Assembly (NCBI RefSeq): GCF_009914755.1
Contig: NC_060936.1
From: the human T2T-CHM13v2.0 reference genome, Homo sapiens
Strand: one strand, 5' to 3'
Length of the DNA: 64,000 nt
The position numbers and the translations under genes were made by a program. Below, in pieces: positions 27,175-49,987 of this stretch (positions are counted from its first letter, which is position 1; the number at the start of each line of letters is the position of its first letter). A model generated the notes under the pieces. That model had not been told where the DNA came from. It searched no databases and saw only the letters and a program-made list of their open reading frames with translations.

Positions 27175-27772
27175 CCTGGTTCTCAATGAGGGACATGTTA
27201 CCCGCCCCCCGGAGGGATATGTGGCAATGTCTAGCATATTAGTCCATTCTCACATTGCTATAAAGAACTACCTGAGATTGGGTAATTTATAAAGAAAAGA
27301 GGTTTAATTAACTCAAAGTTCATCAGGCTGTGCAGGAAGCATGGCTGGGGTGGCCTCAGGAAACTTACAATCATGGTGGAAGGTGAAGGGGAAGCAGGCA
27401 TGTCTAACATGCCCGGAGGAGGAGGAATAGAGTGAAGGGGGAAGTGCTACAAACTTTTAAACAACCAGATCTCCTGAGAACTATCATGAGAACAGCGAGG
27501 GGGACATCTGTCCCCATGATCCAATCACCCCCAACCAGGCCCCTCTTCCAACATTGGGGATTGCAATTTGACTTGAGATTTGGGCGAGGGCACAGACCCA
27601 AACCATATAATCTAGAAATACATTTGGTTGTCACAACTGGGGACAGTGTTACTGGGATCTAGTGTGAATAGAGGCCAGAGATGCTTCTCAACATCCCACA
27701 ATGCATGGGACAGCCCCCACCACAAAGAACGACCCAGCCCCAAATACCCATAGTGCCAAGGTTGAGAAACTA
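27175..27772. mobile_element. MER20 hAT element interrupted by an MST-family (MaLR) solo LTR at ~27235-27610
   Basis: MER20 halves on both sides; LTR tattagtccattctcacattgctataaag..aaaccatataa; 5-bp TSD tctag. Confidence 0.82.
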
Positions 27773-27886
27773 TGAGCTAATCCTAAGAAATTCTTTTTCA
27801 GAATTTCCCTTTGCAATGAGTTGGGATGGAATTGTATTTTTAGGCAGAGACATTGATTCAAAAAATTTTTCTTCAATGTTTTACAG

Positions 27887-27933
27887 GATTCTTGGAAAAA
27901 AACAATGATCTTCTTTACAGACATCTGAAAGAA
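27887..27933 (+). CDS. MYO1H: MYO1H exon w14 (GFLEKNNDLLYRHLKE)
   Basis: cag| and |gtaagt; 47 nt; FLEKNND motif. Confidence 0.94.
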
Positions 27934-28744
27934 GTAAGTCTGACACTTAACTGTATGTGTTTCTGATTATTTTGAAATATTACCCATGATAGTGATTTTG
28001 GTAGAATTCGCCTTCTGGATTTTTTTTTTTTCCATGCATCGTATTAGAACTCCAGCATGTCATGGCCAGAACAGACATTCAGGATCATCTGTGTGGACAC
28101 TTCACTCAACAAACCATTCAAATGTGTATGATGCCCCCCTGGGCACCAGCTCTGGAGGTCATCAGTGAACAAGATGGAGCTCCGAACAAGATGGAGCTCT
28201 TGTTCTCGTGGGGCTTACAGTCAGGAGTTGGGGAAGCAGATAATAAATATATACACAAATAAGTTATCCATTAGTGAGAAGTGCTGCAAAGAGAATAAAC
28301 AAGGAACTGTGATTGAAGGGGACATTTTTAATTTAGGTGATTAGAGAAAACACCCCTTGGAGGTGACTTTGAGCTAAAACCTGAATGAGAATGATTTGGG
28401 CCATAGAAGGATCAGAAGTTATTCCAGGTAGAGAGACCAGTATGTGCAAAGGTCCTGTGGTCTGGACGAGGGGCAGTGTTAGGAGAGGGGGCTGAGAGCT
28501 TAGCAGGGGCAGGTCCACAGGGGAAGTAGAGATTTCATTCTGGTGTTATGAGAATATACTGGGGTGACATGATCTGAGGACGAGGAAGCTGAGACCCAGA
28601 CAGGTCACAGCTTGCACAAGGCCACATCATGAGGTGGGGGCTGGAGATGGTATTAGCCCCCAGGGCTGCCGACGGAATTCCCAATCTCTTTGCCTTTCCA
28701 TATATCTCATCAATCTGAGAAGTGTTGCTGCTGCTGCTGCTGTT

Positions 28745-32245
<3,501 letters not shown>

Positions 32246-32849
32246 AATCACTTGGAACGTGGCTTATGATATATACATTAACTTAGAATGTGATATTCAT
32301 GTTCCAAGTTTAGTCCCAGTTTGTTCATTTGCAGGCATTCATTGAGCAGCACCTACTATGTATATGTGGCAGGCACTGTGCCAGGCACAGGGATTCAGCA
32401 ATAACAAGCCAGATGAGGTCCCTGCCCTCAAGGGACTTACAATCTAGTGGGAGAGAGTATAAGAAAATACCATCAAATAAAGAAGTTATAATAATACCAG
32501 CATCATGAAGGACACGTGTCAACAAAGAAACACAAAGGAAGGTGGAAGAGAATGACAGGCCTGGGGCAGAACTGGTTCCTGCTGGGCACTCACCACGTCT
32601 TTGCTGAGCAAGTGAGGCATCCTAGACAGATGCTTGTCCAGCTTCCACGTGACCAGACCAAGACTGGCCTTCTCAGGTCAGGACATCCAAAGCCACCTCT
32701 TAATGGGCCAGATGGCCACTAGGAAGACAATCTGTCAATAGTTCAGCTCTATAGGGCTGACACCTTGAGCCCTGGCCAGTCTTTTTGTATTCGTTGGAAG
32801 CAGCAGTATCTCTCTGGCTCGTTCTCTCTCTTTCTCTCTCTCTCTGCAG

Positions 32850-32955
32850 GTGGGGACTCAGTTTAAAAACAGTCTGAGCAGCCTTCTAGAAACCCTCATC
32901 TCTAAGGAGCCCTCCTACATCCGTTGCATCAAGCCCAACGACAGGAAAGAACCCA
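32850..32955 (+). CDS. MYO1H: MYO1H exon w16 ([24 protein letters not shown])
   Basis: (CT)n cag| and |gtgagt; 106 nt; YIRCIKPN motif. Confidence 0.96.
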
Positions 32956-33104
32956 GTGAGTTGTGGATCATTATGAACTGGGCTCAGGGAAAGGAGGCTG
33001 GGAGCCAAAGCAAGGTGGCAGTGGGTTGGGATCCTAAACACCACCACAAGCTTGCTCGATGTCCTCTGGATGTGAATCATTTTCCTTTCTAAATGATAGA
33101 AGTT

Positions 33105-33445
<341 letters not shown>

Positions 33446-33740
33446 AGAAGGTAAATGAATGCCTTTGGTGGTTCAGAGTGAGCATTTCTCAGAGGTTGTT
33501 CAGTTTCAGGAGCAACACAGCTGAGTCAGGCAGGTGTCAGAGGCGAAGGGAGTCAACGTCACTCTTTTCTAGCCAAGGAACAGTCTTCGAAAATGATCTA
33601 TGACTTGGGTAGTTTCTAAGCTCTTGCCATGGTCTATAATATAGTTGTTAGGAACCATTATAATGAACTATAATGGACCATCAGAGGCTCACAGAGGCTA
33701 GGCAGGAAAAGCAAATGAGTGAAGCAGACAGGTTGAAAGG

Positions 33741-34300
<560 letters not shown>

Positions 34301-34371
34301 CTGTGATCTGCCTTGGTTGATATGAAGCCATGGGATCCTTTCCTGTCATTCTCTGTTCTATTTCTCCAAAG

Positions 34372-34489
34372 GCAAATTTGATGACTTCCTCATAAGGCAT
34401 CAGATCAAATACCTGGGGCTGATGGAGCACCTGCGGGTGAGACGGGCTGGTTTTGCATACCGAAGGAAATACGAGCATTTCTTGCAAAG
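34372..34489 (+). CDS. MYO1H: MYO1H exon w17 ([39 protein letters not shown])
   Basis: aag| and |gtaaaa; 118 nt; RVRRAGF motif. Confidence 0.96.
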
Positions 34490-34664
34490 GTAAAATGTGC
34501 TTTATTGATCTGAAGCCAATAGTCATGTGCCTACTACATGAGAATCTCTGGGGTTTAGTGGTAAATAAAATGGCATCCCTTAGGAAGGCTCAGTTTGGTT
34601 GTTAACTGCTGTAGTTATGACAGCTAAAAACACTAACATTTGGGAGAACATAAAAACCCAACTC

Positions 34665-34787
34665 TGGCTGGGTGCGGTGGCTCATGCCTGTAATCCCAGC
34701 ATTTTGGGAGGCCGAGGTGGGAGGATTGCTTGAGGCCAGGAGTTCGAGACCGTCCTGGGCAACATGGCAAAACCCAATCTCTACAAA

Positions 34788-34836
<49 letters not shown>

Positions 34837-35010
34837 TGGGTGTGGTGGTACACACCTGTAGTCCCAGCTACTCAGAAGGCTGAGGTGGGAGGATCACCTG
34901 AGCCTGGGAGGTTGAGGCTGCGGTGAACTTGAGATCGTACCACTGCACTCCAGCCTGGGTGACAGAATGAGAACCATCTCAAAAACAAAACAAAACAACA
35001 AAAAAAAAAA
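34665..35010 (+). mobile_element. AluJ with A/(TA)n expanded linker
   Basis: Alu consensus; (AT)n at 34805-34832. Confidence 0.87.
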
Positions 35011-35789
35011 CTCACAAAAATTCAGTTTACCATCTTCTGTTCATTTCACTAATCCCTGACTGTTTACAGTCAAGGGCAAGGCCAAGTGCGTAGATCTGCC
35101 ACCAGGGGGCAGCCGTGGGCAGTGCCCCACAGGCCTCTGAATTAGCAGGAGAAGCTAAGTCCATTTGTGACCGTAGGGCCTGGTTTAGTGCCTTAGCCCA
35201 ACGGGCTGTCAAGAGCAGCAGGTTAGCGGTGGGGACATGGGTTTTCAAACCACATGAACTTGGATCATAATCCTCATTCTCTTATAGCTGTGACCTGTCA
35301 TTTCCCTTATCTGTAGGATTAAATTGTCTGGGATCAGGGAGTTTGTAAAGATTTAATGAACTATTTCTACGCCTACTCTCACCATCCCCCAAATTGCTTA
35401 TACACCAACACTTCTTCAATGATGGGCTGTGTGTGAATTTATGCTACCAAAATAGCAACACACTCTCAAGCATAATAAATGGTCACTTTGTTGGGTCAGA
35501 ATGGTTGAATAGCAGAAATTTCATGTGGTTCAACCAATATTTTGAGTGTAGTCATTTGAGACTCTTTGCCTTTATTTTTCCTGGATGTACCTCCTTTGCC
35601 CACCATTTTTGCCCATCAGCTACTTATTCATTCATCTTCATCCCAAATCTGACTTCTGCGGCAGATGGCAGGGCAACAGCCACTGCCCACCTCACCCCCC
35701 CCAGACATATACACACTTGATGTTCCCATCTACCTGTGTTTTTTTGAACTTCATACATCTCTTGTCTATTTTTGCTGCTTTCTGAGGCT

Positions 35790-37037
<1,248 letters not shown>

Positions 37038-37544
37038 TTCAGGGAACATCAATCAAGGCAGGAAAGCCTGGAGGTGGGAGCAGGCTCTAGGGCAAGCTGA
37101 GAGGCCAGCGTGGCAGCTGGTCAGTGGCTGGGAACAGAGGCAAGGGGAGATTCACGGGATCGAGCTGGAGATAGCCAAACCCCGTGCACCTGCCTGGCAC
37201 CACTTCCCTTGATCAGGGAGCAACCATATCATAGAGTTGAAGACATAAGGTACTAGTCCCTCCAACCTGCAGGCATTTAGGGCCTCTCCCCAGCCCCTCC
37301 ATATCTGTCTAGCTTTGGCGGTGCATGCTGGTATTGCGCAAGGTCTGCATGGATGAAAGCAGGGCCTGAGGCTGTGCTGTGTCCCCTGGGGGTGGTGGAG
37401 ACCCTATCTTCTCCAGCTTTCACTGGAGTTCAGGAAGCACACATCCTGCACCTTTGTGTAGGTGGCTGAACAGAGGAAGAACATGGGACACTCGATACCC
37501 TTAAAGAACATGCTCATAAATTCCAGGAAAATAAAAATATTTTT

Positions 37545-39320
<1,776 letters not shown>

Positions 39321-39795
39321 CTCAAGCATAGAACTTTTTCTTCTGGTACTAGACTATGTTTGTTTGTCTGTTCAGTTTTCTGTCAATGGACATCTGGGTT
39401 GTTTCCACCTTTTGGCTATTATGAATCATAGCACCATGCACTGCTACACCCAATGGCTGCTATGAACATTCAGGTATGAATGTTCGGACACCTTTTCATT
39501 TCTCTTGGACAGATACCTAGGAGTGGAATTGAGTCACTGGGTTGAGCGTCTGATGATGTCATTGTTCTACAAAGACAGGTCAAACTCCCTACTATATTGA
39601 AACAGTTTCTCTCTCCTTTCTTTCTTGCAAAGTACCCATCTTTGAATTCGAGAAAGTTCGTGTAATGGGACTACTACATACACTGAGTGGCCGACATGCC
39701 ACAGCAGTGCTCAGCAGGCCTCTGGGGCCGGGGATGTGGGGGAGGGCTAGAGGAAGGTACGGTCACAGCTTCTCCATGTCCATCTCCTCTCCTAG

Positions 39796-39909
39796 GTACA
39801 AGTCCTTATGCCCAGACACCTGGCCGCACTGGCACGGGCCTCCAGCAGAGGGCGTGGAACGGCTGATCAAGTACATCGGCTACAAACCCGAGGAATACAA
39901 GTTAGGCAA
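39796..39909 (+). CDS. MYO1H: MYO1H exon w18, converter ([19 protein letters not shown])
   Basis: tag| and |gtaagt; 114 nt. Confidence 0.95.
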
Positions 39910-40909
39910 GTAAGTGACCAGAAGACCACCAAATGGTCTCTTCCCTTGACATCAAAGGGTTTTGTGCATTGATCCGTATCCATCTAGAGCCTGGAGACTC
40001 GATTCCTAGGGATTTATGGAGATTTGCGAGATTTATGCTTCATCTACTCGATGTAAATGCAGCTCTTAATTCTTTAGAAGAGCTATGGTGCTGCCGGTGG
40101 GAGGAAATGAAGTTATAAAGGAAACTTCCGCACTAAACTGATTTAGCAGATGGGCCTCCTTGCTAGCAAAACAAAGAGGGAACCAGAGGGGGCACCTAAC
40201 GTCCGTGTGCCTGGATTCTTTCACTGTTCCCATGTACGCATGACCTGCCAGAGGAGCTACTGGGACCTAGACGATGTGAGATCATCTGTAGCATCTCAGA
40301 AATGGTGTGCTGGAACTCTTAACTGTAGAGTTGTAGTTATCCATGAGCAGAGACTTTCGTACACATTGAAAGCTTTCAGGCACAACTCAAGGGACATGAA
40401 TCGGGAAGATCCGAGTCCGTCTTGTGCGTCATTTTGGTCAGGGTTAATGAGGTTGCAGGGAAAGGTGTCTCAGCATGAAGATCTATTCCCCGACAGCAGG
40501 GCTTCCCCACTCCAGAGAGCTCTGCCTGTGATCCTGTTCATGGGCTTTCCCCGCTGACTCCTAACTCCCACTTGTACATGGTCGTCTGGGCCGCCTTGGC
40601 CTCTCTCCATCTGTAGACTCCTATTCTGGGCCTGTTCCAAGGATCAGTTACTTAGTCAGTCCAGATCTCCAAGGGGATTCTGCAAGGCTCAGCACATCCT
40701 GAGGGAGGCAGGGCATGGAGGTCAGAGGTGGGATCCGTCTGTCCCCTGTTCCATAAATTGAAACAGGGACAAGGGAGAGTGGGATCACCAGGCACCACCC
40801 ACTGCTGTCCCCAGTGGCTGCCCTGGGAACTTTCCCTCACCAGGCCTGGGGTCGGGCAGGCAATGTGAGGTCAGTATTTGTAACTTCTCTCTGCTGGCTA
40901 CTGTGATCT

Positions 40910-41451
<542 letters not shown>

Positions 41452-41484
41452 CTAGCAACATAACTTGAAGCAACTTCAGGTTAC

Positions 41485-41886
41485 GTTGGTTTATTCATTT
41501 CCTAGGACTGCGTAACAGATGATCACAAAGTGGCTGATTTAAAACAAATCTATTCTCTCCTAGTTGTGGAGGCCAGAAATCCAAAAATCAAGAGTTGGCA
41601 GGGCCACATTCCTGCGGGAGCCTCTTTTAGCTCTGGTGGCTCCTGGCATTGCTTAGCTGTAGCCGTGTCCCTCCAATCTCTGCCTCCGTCCTCACGTGGG
41701 CTCCTCCCTGTGTCTTTCTGTGTGTATAGAGACACTCTCAATGGATTTAGGGCCCACCCTATTCCAGGATGAGCTCATTTCTATCCTTACCTCAATCACA
41801 TCTGCAAACACTATTTCCAAATAAGATGGTATTCTGAGGTTCTGAGTGGAAATGAATTTTTGAAGGGGGCACCGTTCAACCCACTA
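41485..41886. mobile_element. MLT1B/C-like MaLR LTR
   Basis: ggatttagggcccaccct..atctgcaaacactatttccaaataagatggtattctgaggtt motif. Confidence 0.72.
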
Positions 41887-41935
41887 GATGGTAAACTGAC
41901 CAATTAATAACAAAAACATTTCTTTTCACTTCTAG

Positions 41936-42012
41936 AACCAAAATATTCATTCGTTTCCCCAGAACTCTGTTTGCTACCGAAGATGCCTTTGAATTTAGTA
42001 AACATCAACTAG
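41936..42012 (+). CDS. MYO1H: MYO1H exon w19 (TKIFIRFPRTLFATEDAFEFSKHQL)
   Basis: tag| and |gtatga; 77 nt; TKIFIR marks the end of the motor. Confidence 0.95.
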
Positions 42013-42509
42013 GTATGATTTCTTTTTCTGTCCCGATTTCAATAGAATATGAAATGAACAAGTGGAGCTTGGGGGTAAATCTTAAACACGGGTGTTTGAT
42101 ATAGTGTTAGAAGCATTCGCTTTGGAAACTAGGAACGAGATATGGGATTATGATAAGATCCCTGTGAATTTCTGCTTTAATGACTGCTTGGAGGTCAGTC
42201 ACAGATGCAGGCAGATATATAAACATTGTTCCGCCGTTTCAGTTCTCCAGTTCTCGTTTGGATCAGATTCTGTTGTTCACTACTAGGGTGTAAAACCGTG
42301 AGAGACCAGCCCCTTGAAATTAAAGTTTCCAAAACTTCACTTGTCTGCGTGTCTGATGTTGGAAAGTTTAGCTTCAAAGCCTGCAGCCTGGGTGTTTGCT
42401 GGGAATGGTCAATGAGAAAAGTTAGATGGGGAAATGCAAAAAGTAAAAAATCAAAACTGCGGGGGGAGGGAGCGTCTCTTTTGAAATGTAACCGGTCTGT
42501 CAAGAACTA

Positions 42510-43140
42510 CGCTTGAGTCATTTGAGGGCCTGCTGTGCGCCAGGTGAACACTAAGTCCTTTAAACCATGGTCTCATTCTGTTCTGAGAACAGACCTGTAA
42601 GGGAGGTGACATAGGTGCTATCGTCTCCGCTTTCTATGCAGGGAAACTGAGGCACGGAGGTGTTGGTAACTTGTTGAAGGCTACACAGCAAGTAAGCAGC
42701 CTAGCTGCGGTTTGAACCTGGGTCTGTCTGGCTTCAAGGCTTGGTGGTCTCATTTTCTGACCTCCGTAGCAGTGGGCACCAATGGCTGGGGATCTGGTTG
42801 AAGGGCCACAGTTAGGCCAGTGGGGCCTGAGCCAGCATCTCTAACCAGCTCGTGGGGAATAGGATGTGGCTGCTCTGCAAGGCTCTTGATGAGCTTGGCC
42901 TCTGATAGGACCTAAATTGCTGTGTGGAGGGGGTGGATGCAGGATGTAGAAGCCGAGGGAGAGTGTTCTCTGATCAGACCTGGATTCATGCTCCTCCTTA
43001 GCTGTGTTGCCCGGCAAGCGTCTTCACCATCTGTCTGAGCCTGCGTGCCCATTTATAAAACATGCTGATGATGCCTGCCTTGTGGGGTGGCGTATGAGAA
43101 TGAAATCTAATGCCTGACATGGAACTGGGGGGCTTGTAGC
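42510..43140. mobile_element. Two MIR fragments
   Basis: gggaaactgaggcacggagg MIR core and a reverse-oriented core. Confidence 0.65.
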
Positions 43141-43394
43141 ACTAGGTCTGTTCCTTGCCCTGGGAAAAGGAAAGGCAGGAAGGAAACTCCAGTTCCCGGG
43201 CAGCATCTGGGAGCCAGGCGTCATGTAACCAGCCAGCTCTCAGGTCTGCAGTGCTGAAATAGCTTCCTGAAACATCACTACACCACAGGACTTTGATGCC
43301 CCCTTCCATCGGCCCCCAAACACCCCTGGAGGTCACAACCACAAAGATGCGCAAATGCAAAGCCATTTCACCAAAACGTCTGTTTTATTTTAAG

Positions 43395-43463
43395 TTGCAA
43401 GAATCCAAGCCACTTACAAACGCTGCCTAGGAAGGAGAGAATACGTGAAAAAAAGACAAGCAG
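43395..43463 (+). CDS. MYO1H: MYO1H exon w20, IQ1 (VARIQATYKRCLGRREYVKKRQA)
   Basis: aag| and |gtaaga; 69 nt. Confidence 0.93.
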
Positions 43464-43712
43464 GTAAGAATTAAATAGAAACAAATAAGTTTGCTCCCTT
43501 TCTCATCTGCTTGGCACCTGGGGGCACATTTGTGAGTTCTCTCCCCCTGCTCATCCTTAAAACCTTGTGTGGTGCTATCTTGGGGTCCAGTTCTGGGGCC
43601 TCTTCTCATTTTTACCTTATTGATTGGAGATTATAACATAGTGGCCTGTATGTGTTCCACAGGCATGTTTTATTAGTCCTACAATATGTGTACATTTAAA
43701 GAATAATTTTGT

Positions 43713-45035
<1,323 letters not shown>

Positions 45036-45443
45036 TCAGTTTTATATGCCCTAGTTTGCTTGTGTACCCCAATTTTTAAATGTGGACAACTAAAAGTAAA
45101 CCCCAGTGAGACTAAACATGGTGGTAAGACTAATCTGTACCATCACAAGTGCCATTGCTGTGGCTGAAAAAGACCCTGGGAAAATGACTCCCTCATGTAA
45201 TTTCAGGGCTTCCCTAGAAACCTTCCATAGTCCCCTCTGTTCTGTCTCCCCCTGGTTCAGTTGTTGCCTGAGTACTCCCAGGTAAGAACTGATGACATTC
45301 ATCCGACCTTCCATCTCTGAGGCTAACAGAGTGCTGCGGTGGGCGTCCAGATGTTTGTTGAATGGACAAAGCCTTCTGGAAAAGCCTTCTGTATTTCCAT
45401 ACGATTGTGCTCACCTTCTAATGCCAGCAGTGAACTCTTTCAG

Positions 45444-45528
45444 CCATCAAACTGGAAGCCCACTGGCGTGGGGCCCTGGCTCGGAAGGCAATCCAAAGGA
45501 GAAAGTGGGCCGTGCGGATTATCAGAAA
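45444..45528 (+). CDS. MYO1H: MYO1H exon w21, IQ2 (AIKLEAHWRGALARKAIQRRKWAVRIIRK)
   Basis: cag| and |gtaagt; 85 nt. Confidence 0.94.
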
Positions 45529-45883
45529 GTAAGTTCTCAGGTACAACAGAGAGGACAGGTCACTAAATGCTGGTACCCTGCAGGGATGGTCATGGAGGTA
45601 GATGAGTTCTTTGTGATTTTTTGATTTGTGCAGAAAGGAAAAACTCCCTTCAGAATGCCATTAGGAATTCAGGTCCATCCCTTTGCTCTGAGCTGAATTT
45701 GATGGTGATCACAACTCAATGTATTTGGAATTTCTCTTAGCCTGGCTCAAAAGTCACAAAGTCAAATGCCTTCTGATGCCAGGCAGGTAAAGTGAGTGAG
45801 TCTCATGGGCTGGGATAAGACAACAGGGCATGGTGGAGACCAGCAAACTGGAACGCTCAGTCTACCTCAAGGTGGGGCGGTAA

Positions 45884-46162
<279 letters not shown>

Positions 46163-46225
46163 TAGTAGAGAGACAGGGTTTCACCATGTTGGTCAGGCTA
46201 GTCTCGAATTCTTGACCTCAAATGA

Positions 46226-46339
<114 letters not shown>

Positions 46340-46557
46340 TAAAGCTCCTCAAAACAAAACAAAAGGCCGTGTGGGTGAAATCGAACATATATGTGGGGCA
46401 GATTTGGCCTGTGGCCTACATTCCAGGCCTCTGGCCTATGTGGTCATCTCCACAGCCTCTACCACTTTGGCCGCCTCTGAATCAAAGAAGGGGGAAGAGA
46501 ATGTAAATCTCGGTGAAGAAATGGTCCAGAAAAGTAAGAAAACATTTTCCTTTTTAG

Positions 46558-46717
46558 GTTCATTAAAGGATTCATCAGTCGCAACAAACCCCTCTGTCCT
46601 GACAACGAGGAATTTATCGTGTTTGTGCGGAAGAATTACATCTTGAATCTCCGGTATCACCTTCCAAAGACTGTCCTGGACAAGAGCTGGCTGAGGCCTC
46701 CTGGCATCTTGGAAAAT
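46558..46717 (+). CDS. MYO1H: MYO1H exon w22, post-IQ (FIKGFISRNK..LPKTVLDKSWLRPPGILEN)
   Basis: tag| and |gtaagg; 160 nt. Confidence 0.94.
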
Positions 46718-46884
46718 GTAAGGACTAATCTGGGATTTCCAGTGTTGTAAGTAGCACGGGCACTGACGAAGCTTAACTCTTGCATGTCTTTGTGCTGCCT
46801 CCCTTTGGCTTGAAAGGGCTGCCCTGGCAAAGCCCTTCTTCCCAAGGATGCTGCACAAGAAATTGAACTCCTCAGAATTTGCGA

Positions 46885-46946
46885 TGTCCTTAGTAGCATT
46901 ATAAAGCCACTGGAGTGTCCTTAGTAGCATTATAAAGCCACTGGAG
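46885..46946. repeat. Perfect 31-bp tandem duplication
   Basis: tgtccttagtagcattataaagccactggag x2. Confidence 0.97.
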
Positions 46947-46963
46947 ATTGTTTAAACAGAGCA

Positions 46964-47263
46964 CTTTTTTTTTTTTTTTGAGATGGAGTCTTGCTCTGTC
47001 ACCCAGGCTAGAGTGCAGTGGCGCGATCTTGGCTCACTGCAACCTCCGCCTCCTAGGCTCAAGTGATTCTGGTGTGTCAGCCCCCCTGAATAACTGAGAT
47101 TACAGGCGCCCGCCACCATGCCTGGCTAATTTTTGTATTTTTAGTAGAGACGGAGTTTTGCCATGTTGGCCAGGTTAGTCTCGAACTCCTGACCTCAAAT
47201 GATCTGTCCGCCTCAGCCTCCCAAAGTGCTGGGATTGCAGGTGCGAGTCACCGTGCCCAGCCG
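46964..47263 (-). mobile_element. AluS
   Basis: Alu consensus; TSD acagag(c/t)acttt. Confidence 0.9.
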
Positions 47264-47670
47264 ACAGAGTACTTTCGAATCATTTCTATTCCTGACGTAG
47301 CCTTCCTAGAATAGCATCCCTCAAGAGATGATCTGAGGACCCTCTGTGTCTGGAACTTAGAGGCGGGGCTGTTGTAAGAGTCCCGGGCTCCACTTTGGAC
47401 CCACTGAGTCAGAATCTCCAGGAATCTCATTATAGCCAGTTCTGCAGGTGAGTCATAAACATATTCAAGTTTGAGAATCATTCGTTAAGCAACAGCAAAA
47501 AGTTGGGAGAGGATCAGGTTAGCTGCTGTGACTATAAAATATAAAATATTAACACTGTGCTTGAAATCAAACTGAATTCAGCAGTGTTTTTTTAAAGCTT
47601 CATTTTGATCGCCACAGCCCCAGACAGGGAGTGAGTGAGGCAAGTGGAAAGAAGTGTGTTCTCCACACAG

Positions 47671-47754
47671 GCATCAGATCTGCTCAGGAAAATGTGCGTG
47701 AGGAACCTGGTGCAGAAGTACTGCCGCGGGATCACAGCTGAGCGGAAAGCAATG
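47671..47754 (+). CDS. MYO1H: MYO1H exon w23 (ASDLLRKMCVRNLVQKYCRGITAERKAM)
   Basis: cag| and |gtaggg; 84 nt. Confidence 0.93.
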
Positions 47755-48541
47755 GTAGGGACATGATGTCTGCGGTGGCCGGTGGTGGGGGTGGGTGTAA
47801 GAGTGGGTCCTGAGTGTCAGTCCTCCTCATCCACCATTTCACCTATAAGCGGGGGTCATGCTAGTCCCATGCTTTGAAATGTTCAAGATAATTGCAGGTA
47901 GACCTGCAGAGAGCCCTGGATGAATGCCAGCTGTTACTGTAATCAGCATGGCTCCGTTTGTTACCATGGGAACACAATCACAACGGCTCCTGCCATCCAT
48001 CCACCGGAGCAGAGAATGTAGACCCCTTTCTGCTGGAAATCTGTTTTTCACCGTGCTAACCTGCGGGTCTTTTGTGTAAAGGGCTAGAAGAGTAACTATT
48101 TCAGGGTTTGTGGCCTTTCTCTGTTGGAATTACTCAACTCTGCTGCTACAGTGAGAAAGCAGCCATGGACAATGTGTGCATGAATGGCATGGCTCTGTCC
48201 CAATAGAATGTTACTTACAAAAAGGGACAGCAGGCTGAGTTTGGCCTGCAGGCTGTGGTTTCCCAATCCCTGATCTACAAGAAACTGCTCTTGGAACTCT
48301 GGAAAATCCACTTTCAGGAAGGTAGTAAGGGAACGAGCAGAAACGTCAACCCAGTCTCTACCAATATGACTTTCAGGGCATTTTGGCCAAAGCCAGGAAG
48401 GTGTTCTGACTTGCATGCTCCAGGGTAACAAGGCTCCCACAGTTTATCCAGCAAAGGATGTGACCTCAATGGGTCTAGAGCTCTTCTATCCCAAAGAAGC
48501 CTGTGGCTACCATTTTTATACTTTCAATTGTGTATTACCAG

Positions 48542-48635
48542 ATGCAGCAAAAGGTAGTTACAAGTGAAATCTTCAGGGGAAGGAAAGACGGCTACACAGA
48601 AAGTTTAAATCAACCCTTTGTCAACAGTCGGATAG
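48542..48635 (+). CDS. MYO1H: MYO1H exon w24, TH1 start (MQQKVVTSEIFRGRKDGYTESLNQPFVNSRI)
   Basis: cag| and |gtaagt; 94 nt. Confidence 0.94.
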
Positions 48636-48691
48636 GTAAGTACATTTTCCAGCCTATGTACTTGGCTTTCCAATTCTAAAAGGAGTTAAAG

Positions 48692-48997
<306 letters not shown>

Positions 48998-49141
48998 TCA
49001 ACTCTGCAGCATTTCCTGATGGCTATTTCCCCACCTGAGATCTTAGCACAGAGATGCATAACAAAACTAGCAGATACCAATGACTTTTCCACAGGATTGG
49101 TACTTTAGTGATGATTCATGGCCTTCTGGTTCCCTCTCTAG

Positions 49142-49197
49142 ATGAAGGAGACATTAATCCGAAAGTGCTTCAGCTAATTAGCCATGAGAAAATCCAG
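49142..49197 (+). CDS. MYO1H: MYO1H exon w25 (DEGDINPKVLQLISHEKIQ)
   Basis: tag| and |gtaagg; 56 nt. Confidence 0.93.
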
Positions 49198-49934
49198 GTA
49201 AGGCGATGTGTGTCCTCAGTCTCAAACAGGATTCCCTCATCGAGTCTAAGAGCAGGGTCCCCTTTCTCCATAAAGGGCGCACTATTTAAATGCAGGGGTG
49301 CAGCTGGGCAGCTGGGGCTCTCAACTGTGATGCTTTGGGTATTAACTAAGATGATGGGGAACAAATGATGATTAGATAATGGCTGCTGTTCTCATGACCC
49401 CTCCGTCACCCTAGAAACTGTCTTGGTTTGCTTTCCTACAAAATTGAATGAAGTGTAGCCATGAACTTAATCACGAAACACCCCCTTATTGGTGAGAGGC
49501 AGTGTGGCATAGTGCCTGGGCACTGACACTTGCTTTGAACGTAGCAGCCGTGAGATCCTGGGCAGGTCACTTAAGCTCTTGGTGCCTCTGATCTTCTGTG
49601 AATGAGGATGATGGGTTTACTGAGAGGATGAATGAGTCGGTGAGCGAGAGGTGCTCAGGCTGCTGCCTGGCACGCAGCAGCAGGTGAAGCCCTGGTGATC
49701 GTGTGTGCCAGTGTCTGCTCTGCCTTTTTTTTTTTTTTTTTTTTTGTTCCCTGGGGAATAGAAGCCACTGTGACTGGATTGGATTACACTGTGGCTGTGA
49801 GAGTTTTCATCTCTGACCATCAGAGCAGACCTGCAAGGCAGGCAGCCATAGCCTTGACTTCCTCAGAGGGCAACGCAGGTAGGCAGAGCTAGGGATCCAA
49901 ATCCCCATCATGCAGAGAGCCAGGAAAAAAAAAA

Positions 49935-49987
<53 letters not shown>

